From an uncultured Clostridia bacterium (GTDB lineage Bacteria; Bacillota; Clostridia; TANB77; CAG-508): a stretch of 64,000 nt of DNA. Both the position numbers and the translations under genes were made by a program. The stretch spans positions 10,366 to 74,365 of the forward strand of contig CANPVP010000009.1 of NCBI GenBank assembly GCA_947581825.1, read 5' to 3'. Shown one piece after another: positions 40,618 to 49,913 of this stretch (positions are counted from its first letter, which is position 1; the number at the start of each line of letters is the position of its first letter). Below the pieces are notes generated by a model. That model searched no databases and was not told where the DNA came from. It was given only the letters and a program-made list of their open reading frames with translations.

Positions 40618-41374
40618 TGATTTTTTCCACCCCTCTTCTATATAAAATTCTTGCAAAAACTACCAGTACAATAAAAGCCACTGCTTGGCAAGTCAATATC
40701 TCTATTGATTCATTCATTTCAAATTTTGAAAATATTCTTGCAGGAGCATACGTTATGTATGTTGTTGGCAAAACTGAAAAGATATTTTTTACAACACTTG
40801 GGTAAAATTCTAATGGTGTAAAAACTAATAATAGCATCATTTTTTGTGTAACTAACCAAAAAGAATCATTTTCTTCTGTGTAGAAAGCTAATAATCCTAT
40901 AATTAGCTGTATGTATATTCCCATCATAACTGATATAGCTACAGAAACCATAGTTACTATTATACCTGTTGCTGTTAAATCTATTGGTCCAGCAAATACA
41001 ATTCCCAAAACAATTGCAAAAATCACATTAATTGTAAATCTAACTAATACAGATAAATCTTCAGCTACTGTATATTTTATAAAATCAACTGGTCTCACTA
41101 GCATATTAGCAATTTGTCCACTTTTTACTTGATCTGCAATATAATCATATTTTTTATTACAGCTATACATTATAAATTCTCCTAGAATTATGTACCAAAT
41201 CAATTGTGGCTTTGTATATCCTGCAATATTCTCTTTTCCTTGTAAAATATAATCCCACAATTCATTAAATACAAATACATGTATAGCAAATGAAACTAAT
41301 AAAACTATATAGTCGAATATGAAATTTATTTTTGTTTTTAAGCTATATTTAAATATTTCAAAATATTTTCTCAT
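40601..41374 (-). CDS. ABC-2 family permease (first permease of the operon)
   Basis: Polytopic membrane protein. Start MRKYFEIF at 41374 with RBS AAGAGGTG 6 nt upstream. Confidence 0.7.
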   Translation of the reverse strand: MRKYFEIFKYSLKTKINFIFDYIVLLVSFAIHVFVFNELWDYILQGKENIAGYTKPQLIWYIILGEFIMYSCNKKYDYIADQVKSGQIANMLVRPVDFIKYTVAEDLSVLVRFTINVIFAIVLGIVFAGPIDLTATGIIVTMVSVAISVMMGIYIQLIIGLLAFYTEENDSFWLVTQKMMLLLVFTPLEFYPSVVKNIFSVLPTTYITYAPARIFSKFEMNESIEILTCQAVAFIVLVVFARILYRRGVEKINVNGG

Positions 41375-41426
41375 CCAATGCACCTCTTTTGCTATTATAT
41401 ATATTCTAATAATTTTATTTATAATA

Positions 41427-41580
41427 CTAGATAATTATATTATTTTCGCTCGTCCCAACTAGTAGAAACCGTACAGAAAATATTCTCGCAATTTTGCTAG
41501 CAATTGCTTCGATATTTTCTTAACTGTTTCTAGCTAGTCGGTCCCCACACAAGCTCGCTTAAAATAATATAATTATCTAG
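41427..41580. repeat. Foldback element copy 2 (core 41446-41558, inverted relative to copy 1)
   Basis: The core is 108/113 identical to the reverse complement of 26191-26303. The arms CTAGATAATTATATTATTTT and AAAATAATATAATTATCTAG are perfectly complementary (20/20) and unrelated to the arms of copy 1. Confidence 0.85.
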
Positions 41581-41610
41581 CTATGAAAAAATTTACTATA
41601 TATAAAAAAT

Positions 41611-42576
41611 CTACTTAGTATAAATGTCGTAAATGACTTCTTCTAGTGGTAAAGGAAGTGCCTCCATGTCTATTATGTTTCCATATTTCATAAACTTTTC
41701 TAAAATCTCTGAAATTGTTATTCTTTTTGTATCTACTTTTAACATTATTTTATTTTCTGCTTTACTCATTATTGGATAGTCAAATTCAACATTTTCAATA
41801 TTATTATCATACATAATAGTTATAAATTTTTCTGATAAATATTCATGCTTTAAAGTCTCTATACTCTCATCTTTTATTATAGTTCCTTTATCAATTATAA
41901 TTATTCGTTCACAAACTTTTTCAATATCTCCTAAGTCATGGCTCGTTAAAAATATTGTAGTATTATATTTCTTATTAGTATCTAAGATTGCTTGTCTAAC
42001 TTTTTCTTTAACTACTATATCTAAGCCAATTGTAGGTTCATCTAAAAATAGGATTTCTGGTTTATGTAACATTACGGCTGCAATTTCACATATCATTCTT
42101 TGTCCTAATGATAATTTTCTTACTGGAACATTTATTATTTCTTGAAGATTAAAAAGTTCTACTAATTCATTTATTCTCTCTTCTAACTCTTGTTTTGGAA
42201 TATCATATACTGCTCCTAACAATCTATATGTATCTATTGCTGGTAAGTGCATCCATAAACTAGATTTTTGTCCAAACATACAGCCTATTTTATATCCTAA
42301 TACTTTTCTATCTTTTGTTGGATTTAATCCTAATACTTCTACATTACCTTCTGTTGGATGAATTATTCCTGTAAGCATTTTTATTGTTGTAGATTTTCCA
42401 GCTCCATTAGGTCCTACAAAACCCACTATCTCTCCATCTTTAATTTCAAAATTAATGTTTCTTACAGCTTCAAAATTCTTTTTTTCTCCTTTCACAAAAC
42501 CTAAAAAGCCCTTTTTTCTTATTTTCTTTGTGAAAGTTTTCTTTAGTCCTTCAACTCTAATCATATAAACATTCAT
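41611..42576 (-). CDS. ABC transporter ATP-binding protein
   Basis: 321 aa. Walker A GPNGAGKST, LSLGQ, Walker B ILFLDEPT. The start is ambiguous (ATG at 42576 or MIRVEGL at 42564). Confidence 0.9.
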   Translation of the reverse strand: MNVYMIRVEGLKKTFTKKIRKKGFLGFVKGEKKNFEAVRNINFEIKDGEIVGFVGPNGAGKSTTIKMLTGIIHPTEGNVEVLGLNPTKDRKVLGYKIGCMFGQKSSLWMHLPAIDTYRLLGAVYDIPKQELEERINELVELFNLQEIINVPVRKLSLGQRMICEIAAVMLHKPEILFLDEPTIGLDIVVKEKVRQAILDTNKKYNTTIFLTSHDLGDIEKVCERIIIIDKGTIIKDESIETLKHEYLSEKFITIMYDNNIENVEFDYPIMSKAENKIMLKVDTKRITISEILEKFMKYGNIIDMEALPLPLEEVIYDIYTK

Positions 42577-42604
42577 CCCCTTTACTTAACAATCCCATTT
42601 AAGT

Positions 42605-42782
42605 ATAAAAAAATAGAAAGCCTTATAAAGAAAATCTTTTAGTTCAAGACTCCTTAATAGGCTTTTCTTCCATTTTTTAAGTGTAAATATCTCTTTTTGA
42701 GAGACATCCTACATTGCTCGGACCGACACTATTTTTATAATAGTTGGAACCCTTAAATGTACTCTTGTTATAATGTTTAATA
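42605..42782 (-). promoter_or_regulatory. Structured leader: ykkC-like 5' domain plus terminator (candidate riboswitch)
   Basis: Minus strand TACATT-TAAGGGTTCC-[ACTATT ataaa AATAGT]-GTCGGTCCGAG-C-AATGTA, then TCTC-AAAAA-GAGA. A hairpin AGAAAAGCCT...AAGGCTTTCT plus T7 ends about 30 nt before the ABC ATPase start. Confidence 0.4.
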
Positions 42783-42810
42783 TTTTACCATATTTATATC
42801 TTTTTGTCAA
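42782..42810 (-). promoter_or_regulatory. Sigma-A type promoter of the ABC operon leader
   Basis: Minus strand TTGACA - 17 nt - TAAAAT. Confidence 0.65.
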
Positions 42811-42830
42811 ATTTTATAATTATTGCTTAA

Positions 42831-43379
42831 TTATCTTTCATCATATCCAAAATGTTTTGCTGGATAGGATCTTAATTTTCCATCATATATAAGATTAACA
42901 CCATCTAACATTTTGAAATCTTCTGGCTTTGGTACTTCTGGAATTGCAGATGTATCTATATCAGCTGTATTCATTATGTATTTTACAAATTGTGAACAAT
43001 AAAATTTATTTTCAGGCATATATTTTTTATTTATTCCCGCTAAAGCTAATCCTGCTATATTAAACCTATATTTTTCTTTATTGCTTTCCATTCTATATAT
43101 ATTTCGTTTTAATTTATCATATTGCTCATCAGAAATTTCTTTTTCATATATTTGTGATGCGGTTTCATAGAATCTTTTAAAAGTTCCAACTTCTATTCCT
43201 TCATGAACAAATCCTCCAATAAAAGCATTGTATGGATTTAACCTTCCAAAAGAATATAATTCTTTCAACTCTTCGTCTAAGGCTATCGAAACATGACTAA
43301 ATTCTTTTCGTGTCCACAGTTTAATTGTTTTTGATAAAAAAGTTCCTGTGTATGTCAATACTATATATATTTTTTTCAC
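42831..43379 (-). CDS. Permuted papain-like (YiiX/NlpC-P60-related) putative amidase
   Basis: 182 aa. An early SHVSIAL His segment and a late FYCSQFV Cys segment, which is the order typical of permuted papain-fold proteins. Confidence 0.5.
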   Translation of the reverse strand: MKKIYIVLTYTGTFLSKTIKLWTRKEFSHVSIALDEELKELYSFGRLNPYNAFIGGFVHEGIEVGTFKRFYETASQIYEKEISDEQYDKLKRNIYRMESNKEKYRFNIAGLALAGINKKYMPENKFYCSQFVKYIMNTADIDTSAIPEVPKPEDFKMLDGVNLIYDGKLRSYPAKHFGYDER

Positions 43380-43401
43380 TTTAAAACTCCCTTAGTCTTT
43401 A

Positions 43402-43926
43402 CTATTTTTCTTCATTTATAATTTTTAATATTTCTTCATTATTTTGCAATCTTGGTGTTGCATAAATAATAGTTTTTTTATCTCTTGTTATTGCTTCTTT
43501 CATTACTTCTTCATCATCTCTAAGTTCTTTACTTGCATATTTTACTATTATTGGTTTGTTTTTTACTGCCTCCAAAACAACATCTTTATCATTTCTTAGA
43601 TTTTTTGATGCATAATATAATCCTTGACCATTGCCTTTTACACTATTTAGCATTACATCTTTATCATCTCTTAATTTTTCAGAAGCATAACATACTGTCC
43701 ATGGTGCTGTTTTTAAAGCTTCTAAAACAACATCTTTATCATCTTTTAGTTCATCACTTACAAACTCCAAGGCTCTTCCGTCTAATTTTAATGCTTCCAT
43801 TACTATTTCTTTATCATTTTGTAAGCTTTCACTTATATTTTCTATTTGCATTGGATCTTCTTTAATTACTTGCATTATATATTCTTTATTATCTGTATTC
43901 TTCATAAATTCTTCTGTATTTATCAT
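43402..43926 (-). CDS. DUF4116 repeat protein
   Basis: 174 aa. Five tandem ~30-aa repeats of the type A/V-LK..G.AL.YAS..L+DDKDVVLEAVK. Confidence 0.7.
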   Translation of the reverse strand: MINTEEFMKNTDNKEYIMQVIKEDPMQIENISESLQNDKEIVMEALKLDGRALEFVSDELKDDKDVVLEALKTAPWTVCYASEKLRDDKDVMLNSVKGNGQGLYYASKNLRNDKDVVLEAVKNKPIIVKYASKELRDDEEVMKEAITRDKKTIIYATPRLQNNEEILKIINEEK

Positions 43927-43941
43927 AATTCTACTTCCATT

Positions 43942-45396
43942 TTATATATTTTTTATATCTTCTTTTTTAAATCTATATATAGATAATCCTATTAAAGCTG
44001 CAAGGTATATTATATATATTACTAAAGAAAATTTAAAATTTAAAAACTCGAATTGTGCTGGCTTTCCAAAATTATATATTGACAAGTCCCAATTTGGAGT
44101 TATAAAAAATTTTAAAAATCTATATTTTTTACCTGCACCCAATAAAGAATTAACAAATTCACCTGCTATTTGTCCTAATAAAGGTACTGCTACAGCAAGA
44201 GCTGTACCATTCGTTAAAGTACTAACGAACATTGCAATAGCTGATAGCATAATTAAGAATGGTAATTTACTTATAAGAATTATTCCTACATATTCAAAGA
44301 CATTCATACTATATGCACTACCACTATTATAATCATATACTCCTACATTGTAAATAGAAAAATCCTCAAAGCTAAAGAATACTCCAAATATTATTATTGC
44401 AATAATACTAATTAATAGCATCGAAATAATTGTTACAATTATAGTAGTTAAAAATTTTGCAAGCCATATAGTTTCTCTTTTATATGGTCTTATTAATAGT
44501 TGTTTTATAGTTCCTTTATTAAACTCTTCTGATATTATTGATGCTGCCACAACTATTATTATAACTGCTAATAACATTAGCCCAACAGATTCCATATATT
44601 GACTATATGCTCTGCTTGCATTTTTATAATTGAACAAGTCTTTTTCTGTATCTAAAGCATATTTTGCAATCATTGCATCTGCTCGTACCTCATTAAGTGC
44701 ACTTTGTGGTATTTCCTCATTATCATGCAAAACAGTTTGCATTCCACTAGAATATATATTTAATGCTTCATCCATATATGAACCATCATAAGGAATCTTT
44801 TTATTTAATCTTATTTCTAAACATTCTATTTCTAATTCATTACTTTCTACAATTTGCTCTTTTTCTTCTTTATTAATTGTTGTAGCATTTTCTAATTCCT
44901 TTTGGCTAACTTCTAAATCAGCTTTTGCTATTTCTAGTTTCTGTTTTGTGTATTGTTCCCAATCACCACTCTCTAACATATTTAAGAAATCATTATAATT
45001 TTCTTCTGCTTTCTTCAATTCTTTATCATTCTCTTTGGAACCATATTTAATTTCGTTTATATTATATATATAATCATACGCATTTTGCGTAATACATTCG
45101 AACTTCCATTTTTCTTCGTTTTTATATTCTTCCTCTAATTTTAATAATTCTACTTGTGATTTGTCCGAAATATATATTTCTCTTTCTTCTTCATTTTCAG
45201 GATTTAGGCTTTTTAATTCCTCTTCATAAAATTCTATTGTTGATGCATTATCATAATATGCCATTTGATATATCTCATCTTCATGTTTTACCATTATACA
45301 TTCAATTATCATAAGAATTACAGCCATTAATATTATTATTTTTATAGCCCATTTAGCAAATATTTTTTTTATTTCATTTCCTATTAAATTAACCAA
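43942..45396 (-). CDS. ABC-2 type permease with large coiled-coil-rich extracytoplasmic insert
   Basis: 484 aa. TM1, ~230 aa of hydrophilic E/K-rich sequence, then 5 TMs. It overlaps the upstream ATPase gene by 8 nt. Confidence 0.7.
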   Translation of the reverse strand: MVNLIGNEIKKIFAKWAIKIIILMAVILMIIECIMVKHEDEIYQMAYYDNASTIEFYEEELKSLNPENEEEREIYISDKSQVELLKLEEEYKNEEKWKFECITQNAYDYIYNINEIKYGSKENDKELKKAEENYNDFLNMLESGDWEQYTKQKLEIAKADLEVSQKELENATTINKEEKEQIVESNELEIECLEIRLNKKIPYDGSYMDEALNIYSSGMQTVLHDNEEIPQSALNEVRADAMIAKYALDTEKDLFNYKNASRAYSQYMESVGLMLLAVIIIVVAASIISEEFNKGTIKQLLIRPYKRETIWLAKFLTTIIVTIISMLLISIIAIIIFGVFFSFEDFSIYNVGVYDYNSGSAYSMNVFEYVGIILISKLPFLIMLSAIAMFVSTLTNGTALAVAVPLLGQIAGEFVNSLLGAGKKYRFLKFFITPNWDLSIYNFGKPAQFEFLNFKFSLVIYIIYLAALIGLSIYRFKKEDIKNI

Positions 45397-46297
45397 TTTT
45401 GTTACCTCCTGTTTTTTTCAAGAAAGCACTTTCTAGTGATATTTGCTCTTCCTCAATTTTGTATATATCAATATCAGCTTCAACCAATTTTCTAACTATA
45501 TTGGGTATTTCTGTTTTTTCACATTCAACTCTAATATTTTCTTTATCTATTATCTCTGCACCTTTTACTATTTTTATCACTTTCTTTGAATTGTTTGTTT
45601 CTATTATGTAAGTATTTCCGCTAATATCAGCTTTCAAGTCTTTTATTGTTGATGTTTCGACTATTTCTCCATTTTGTATAATAATTACTTTATTACAAAA
45701 CGTTTCTAATTCAGCTAAATTATGGCTAGATATAAGTATCCCCATATTTTCTTCTTTTGCTAACTTTATTAATAACTCTCTTACTTCTTTTATTCCTTCT
45801 GGATCTAATCCATTGTTTGGTTCATCTAGTATTAGTACATTAGGTTTATGCAATATTGCTTGTGCTATCCCTAACCTTTGCCTCATTCCTAATGAATATT
45901 TTGAAACTTTATCTTTTATTCTATTTTCTAGTCCTACTATTTTTACTACTTCATCAATTCTATCTCTACTCACATTGTTATATAATTTAGCAATCATTTT
46001 TAAATTCTCATATCCAGACATATACATATATAAATCTGGACTTTCAACAATTGCTCCTACTTTTTCAATAGCATTGCTAAATTCTTTCTGTATATTATAA
46101 CCATTAATTCTTACAGTTCCACTTGTTATTTTTTGTAGTCCTGTAATTAATTTTATTGTAGTTGTCTTTCCCGCACCATTTGGTCCTATGAAACCTACTA
46201 TATCTCCTTTACATACTTGCAAAGATACATTATTTAGAATCGTTTTATTGCCAATCTTTTTGTATAAATTCTCGCATTCGATCAAAGCGTTTTCCAT
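45389..46297 (-). CDS. ABC transporter ATP-binding protein
   Basis: 302 aa. GPNGAGKTT, YSLGMRQR, LILDEPNNGLD. Confidence 0.9.
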   Translation of the reverse strand: MENALIECENLYKKIGNKTILNNVSLQVCKGDIVGFIGPNGAGKTTTIKLITGLQKITSGTVRINGYNIQKEFSNAIEKVGAIVESPDLYMYMSGYENLKMIAKLYNNVSRDRIDEVVKIVGLENRIKDKVSKYSLGMRQRLGIAQAILHKPNVLILDEPNNGLDPEGIKEVRELLIKLAKEENMGILISSHNLAELETFCNKVIIIQNGEIVETSTIKDLKADISGNTYIIETNNSKKVIKIVKGAEIIDKENIRVECEKTEIPNIVRKLVEADIDIYKIEEEQISLESAFLKKTGGNKIG

Positions 46298-46420
46298 TAT
46301 TTATACCATTCCTTCCTGTAATTTTTTACTCTTGTTTATTATAAAACATACTATATTTTTTTACAATATTTATATAAAAAAAAGCGAACCTAAGATTTTT
46401 CTACAATATAAAAAGCGGAT

Positions 46421-46455
46421 AAAAAAAGATGATTAGTTTTAATAAACTAATCATC
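46421..46455 (-). terminator. Intrinsic terminator of the SCP-domain gene
   Basis: GATGATTAGTTT-atta-AAACTAATCATC followed by T7 on the minus strand. Confidence 0.8.
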
Positions 46456-46478
46456 CTTAAATTCTGTTTTTCCATATT

Positions 46479-47777
46479 TTAATATCCGAAAAGTTCTACC
46501 CAGAAATATTGACCATCAATAATGCAACATGCTGCTCCCATTGTTTTATATTTTTTATTTACCATATTTCTATAATGTGTTGGTGATTTAATCCAACCTT
46601 TATTTACACCATTTGCCGTAGAATATCCCATTCCTAAGTTTTCTCCATATACTGCATCATTAACTGTATAAAAACTAGATCCATTTGGTCTTGTATGTGA
46701 AAACTTATCAGATATTTCTTGTGCTCTTATTTTAGCTGCACTTTCTAATGTACTACTCCAAGCTAAGTTTCCTAAACCTTCTTCTTTTCTTGTTGCATTA
46801 ACTAATGTTATTAACTCTCTTGCACTAACATATGTAGCATTTTTCTTAGGTGTAACAACTTCAGTTTCTTTCTTCTCCTCTTTTTTTGGTTCTTCTTGTT
46901 TTTTAGGTGTAGCTGTTTCAGTAGCTTTTGTTTCTTGCTTTGGAGTATCCTTTCTACTAGTATCAGCTGTAGAACTTCTGCTAGTCTCAGTAGCATTGCT
47001 TCTACTTGTATCACTAGAACTTTTTCTGCTAACTACTGTTGTTGTTTGTTTTTGATTAGATGTAGTAGGTTCACTCTTAGTTGTTGTTTTAGCTACAATC
47101 TCTCTCTTTTCCACAGTGTTTTTATTAGTTGTTGATTTAGTCTCAGTAGTTTTATTATTTTCTACCTTAGGAGAACTTACTTTAACTGCATTTTCTGTTT
47201 CATTTTTTGTCTCTGTTTTTGTTTCATTCTCTACTTTAGCCACTGTTGTTTGCTTTGCATTTACTTTTAAAGTAAAATCTTTTTCTTCTATATTACCAGC
47301 TTTGTCCATAGCAACATATTTTAAGCTATATTCTCCTGGTTTATCTATATCATATTGTCCCTCAACTTTTACTTCTAAATCTTTATCTACATTATCACTT
47401 ACAGTAACTCCATCTAATAAATTAACACTATCTCCTTCTATTATTTCTAGAGATTCTTTTGCTAAGCTTATTTCAGGTTTTACTGTATCTACTACTTCTA
47501 ATATTTCATCGATTTTGGTTTCAGCTTCTTTCTTTTGTTCATTAACAAATTCAACATTTTTACTAAATGTTTTTTCCAATTTTTCTTGTGTACCTTTCTC
47601 TTCTACTTGGGAAATATTTTTTCTATTAATAGCTATACCAATGGTTGCCATACTAGTTGCAAACATCACCACTGTTAAAATAATAATTAAAACTACTAAA
47701 GTTCTCAAAATTACATTCCCATATTCTTTATCTTTTGGATTATTGCTTATATTTGGAAAATTAAATTTGTTTATCAT
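46479..47777 (-). CDS. Secreted/anchored protein: N-terminal TM, Ig-like domain, Thr/Ser/Lys-rich linker, C-terminal CAP/SCP (YkwD-like) domain
   Basis: 432 aa. A DUF5011-like segment (PEISL...DGVTVSDNVD...). The C-terminus has HYRNM... and the GxxxW patterns of SCP/CAP proteins. Confidence 0.7.
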   Translation of the reverse strand: MINKFNFPNISNNPKDKEYGNVILRTLVVLIIILTVVMFATSMATIGIAINRKNISQVEEKGTQEKLEKTFSKNVEFVNEQKKEAETKIDEILEVVDTVKPEISLAKESLEIIEGDSVNLLDGVTVSDNVDKDLEVKVEGQYDIDKPGEYSLKYVAMDKAGNIEEKDFTLKVNAKQTTVAKVENETKTETKNETENAVKVSSPKVENNKTTETKSTTNKNTVEKREIVAKTTTKSEPTTSNQKQTTTVVSRKSSSDTSRSNATETSRSSTADTSRKDTPKQETKATETATPKKQEEPKKEEKKETEVVTPKKNATYVSARELITLVNATRKEEGLGNLAWSSTLESAAKIRAQEISDKFSHTRPNGSSFYTVNDAVYGENLGMGYSTANGVNKGWIKSPTHYRNMVNKKYKTMGAACCIIDGQYFWVELFGY

Positions 47778-48057
47778 ATTTCCCCTCCTTTTCTTTTTTT
47801 ATTTTTAGTATAAGCATACTATTCCAAAACCTCTAATTTATTATAACATATTTTCGCATTTTTTTCTATACTTTTTGCCAATTTTGTTTGTTTTTTACCA
47901 GTATTTCAATATATGTTTTTTGTATTAACATAAAAAAGCGGTCATTTTAGCTCATTTCAGGTTTTCCATAGCATATGCTTTCTATCAAAGTTTTTTGAAT
48001 TTTTTAATTGATTTTTAGTATTTTTCTTTATATAATTATAAATTAAGGTGATTAATT

Positions 48058-48936
48058 TTGATATTGATATATACTATAAACTCAAATGATAATTATATAA
48101 ATTTAAAACAAGTTTTAAAAGAAGAATTTTTTATATCTAATAGACTTATTTTAAAACTAAAAAATCACAAACAATTTTTCTTGAATAATGAAAATGTTTA
48201 TATCTCGCACTCTGTTAAAGAAAATGATGTCGTAAAAGTTGATCTTGATTTTAAAGAATCTTCTGATAATATTATTCCCAGTCCTATGAAACTTATTATA
48301 CTTTATGAAGATGATGCACTTTTAGTTCTTAACAAACCTGCTGGTATTGCCATTCACCCTAGCCACTCTCATTTTGATAATAGTCTGTCAAATGGTGTTA
48401 AATCTTACTTTCAAGAAATTAATTTAAAGAGAAAAATTCGCCCTGTAAATAGATTAGATAAAGACACCTCTGGTGCTGTTATTTTTGCAAAAAATGAATA
48501 TATTCAAGAATGTCTATCTAGGCAAATGAAAAATAATATCTTTAAAAAAGAATATATTGCTTTTTTAGACGGAAAAGTTGAAAATAAAACTGCTACAATC
48601 ACAGCTCCAATTGCCCGAAAAAATAACAGTATTATTAAAAGATGCGTTCGTGATGATGGTGATTTTGCCATTTCCCATTACGAAGTCTTAAAATATTATA
48701 ATCAATTTACACTGGTAAAATTTCTAATTGAAACTGGTAGAACTCATCAAATTCGTGTTCATTCTAATTATATTGGCCATCCAGTTTTAGGAGATACTTT
48801 ATATGGAAAGGCTTCTTCTCTAATTACTAGACAAGCCCTTCACTCTTATAAAGTTTCGTTTATTCATCCAATAACTAAAAAGCCTTTAGAAATTATTGCT
48901 CCTTTATTTGAAGATATGAATTTATTGTTAGAATAA
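48058..48936 (+). CDS. RluA-family pseudouridine synthase
   Basis: 292 aa. RPVNRLDKDTSG catalytic Asp motif and TGRTHQIRVH. TTG start with RBS AAGGTGA. Confidence 0.9.
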   Translation: MILIYTINSNDNYINLKQVLKEEFFISNRLILKLKNHKQFFLNNENVYISHSVKENDVVKVDLDFKESSDNIIPSPMKLIILYEDDALLVLNKPAGIAIHPSHSHFDNSLSNGVKSYFQEINLKRKIRPVNRLDKDTSGAVIFAKNEYIQECLSRQMKNNIFKKEYIAFLDGKVENKTATITAPIARKNNSIIKRCVRDDGDFAISHYEVLKYYNQFTLVKFLIETGRTHQIRVHSNYIGHPVLGDTLYGKASSLITRQALHSYKVSFIHPITKKPLEIIAPLFEDMNLLLE

Positions 48937-48954
48937 TATAAAATTAATTATAAC

Positions 48955-48985
48955 GAAAAAAGATAGGTTTTTCCTATCTTTTTTC
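48955..48985. terminator. Hairpin terminator between the pseudouridine synthase gene and the rnpB 3' end
   Basis: AAAAAAGATAGG-ttttt-CCTATCTTTTTT, with A/T runs on both sides. Confidence 0.75.
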
Positions 48986-48998
48986 ATGTATATAAATA

Positions 48999-49338
48999 AG
49001 TAAATCTGTAAGCCGGGTTCTGTCTAGAATAGCCATTTATCTAGGATATATATTACTATATACCTCAAGCCACCAATTCAAAAAGACGCCGAGCAGACTT
49101 AGCCTTTTTTATTAGGTGTTGCTCCAGATGGGGTTTACATTGTCCCAATATGTCACCATATCAGCGGTAAGCTCTTACCTCACCTTTTCATCCTTACCTA
49201 AAAATTAGGCGGTTATTTTCTGTTGCACTTTCCTTAAGGTTTCCCTCACTGGACGTTATCCAGCATCATTGCTCTATGGAGCCCGGACTTTCCTCTCGTA
49301 CAACCTTGCGGTTTATACCAGCGACTATTCAATTTACT
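48999..49338 (-). ncRNA. rnpB: RNase P RNA, type B (Firmicutes)
   Basis: The minus strand contains GAGGAAAGTCCGGGCTCC, GAAAGTGCAACAGAAA, TGTAAACCCC and ACAGAACCCGGCTTACAG. The P1 pairing AGTAAAT/ATTTACT defines the ends. It is a GC-rich island in AT-rich DNA. Confidence 0.93.
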
Positions 49339-49347
49339 CTAAATTTT

Positions 49348-49376
49348 ATTTTACTGTACTTATTCTAAAAAGTCAA
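49348..49376 (-). promoter_or_regulatory. rnpB promoter
   Basis: Minus strand TTGACT - 17 nt - TAAAAT, 7-9 nt upstream of the predicted RNA 5' end. Confidence 0.65.
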
Positions 49377-49583
49377 GGAAAATCTCTAAAATGCTACTTT
49401 CTCTGTTTTCTATGTCTATTAATTTTATTATTTTCTTTATGTAGTCTAATTTTTTTATTGACTGAATTTCTTTTCACATATAATTAATCTTTCAGTATAG
49501 TAATTTTACTATTTGTCAACAAATAAATTTTACATACTGTATATTTTTTAATTAAATTAATATAATAAGTGTAGGTGATTAAA

Positions 49584-49910
49584 ATGGATTATACTTTAAA
49601 TTTATATAGTACTAATAAAGACGATATTTCTAAATTTTTAAATTCTTTTTATGAAACAAACAATAACATACCAGACTGGGAAATAACCTTGCATCCACCT
49701 ATTAATAAACATAAAAGTCCAGTATATTTATATACAAAAAGAACTACAAATCCTATTGATTTTGTAGTTCTTCTTGGAGCATTAGCTGATAATAATACTA
49801 AATACAAGATAAATTCTTGGCTTAGTTTAGATAAAGATACATTTATCAACATAACACCTAATAACATTGACTCTATTATAAAATATATTTATGAACGATT
49901 TCCTTATTAA
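49584..49910 (+). CDS. Hypothetical protein (108 aa)
   Basis: ATG at 49584 preceded by RBS AGGTGA. No recognisable motif. Confidence 0.5.
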   Translation: MDYTLNLYSTNKDDISKFLNSFYETNNNIPDWEITLHPPINKHKSPVYLYTKRTTNPIDFVVLLGALADNNTKYKINSWLSLDKDTFINITPNNIDSIIKYIYERFPY

Positions 49911-49913
49911 TTT

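Noticed and set aside
47116-47808. Plus-strand ORF of 230 aa, plus the alternative-frame ORFs 46811-47014 (-) and 46896-47135 (+)
   Set aside because: All overlap the Thr/Ser/Lys-rich low-complexity linker of the 432-aa SCP-domain gene. The repetitive composition keeps several frames open, and none has start signals.
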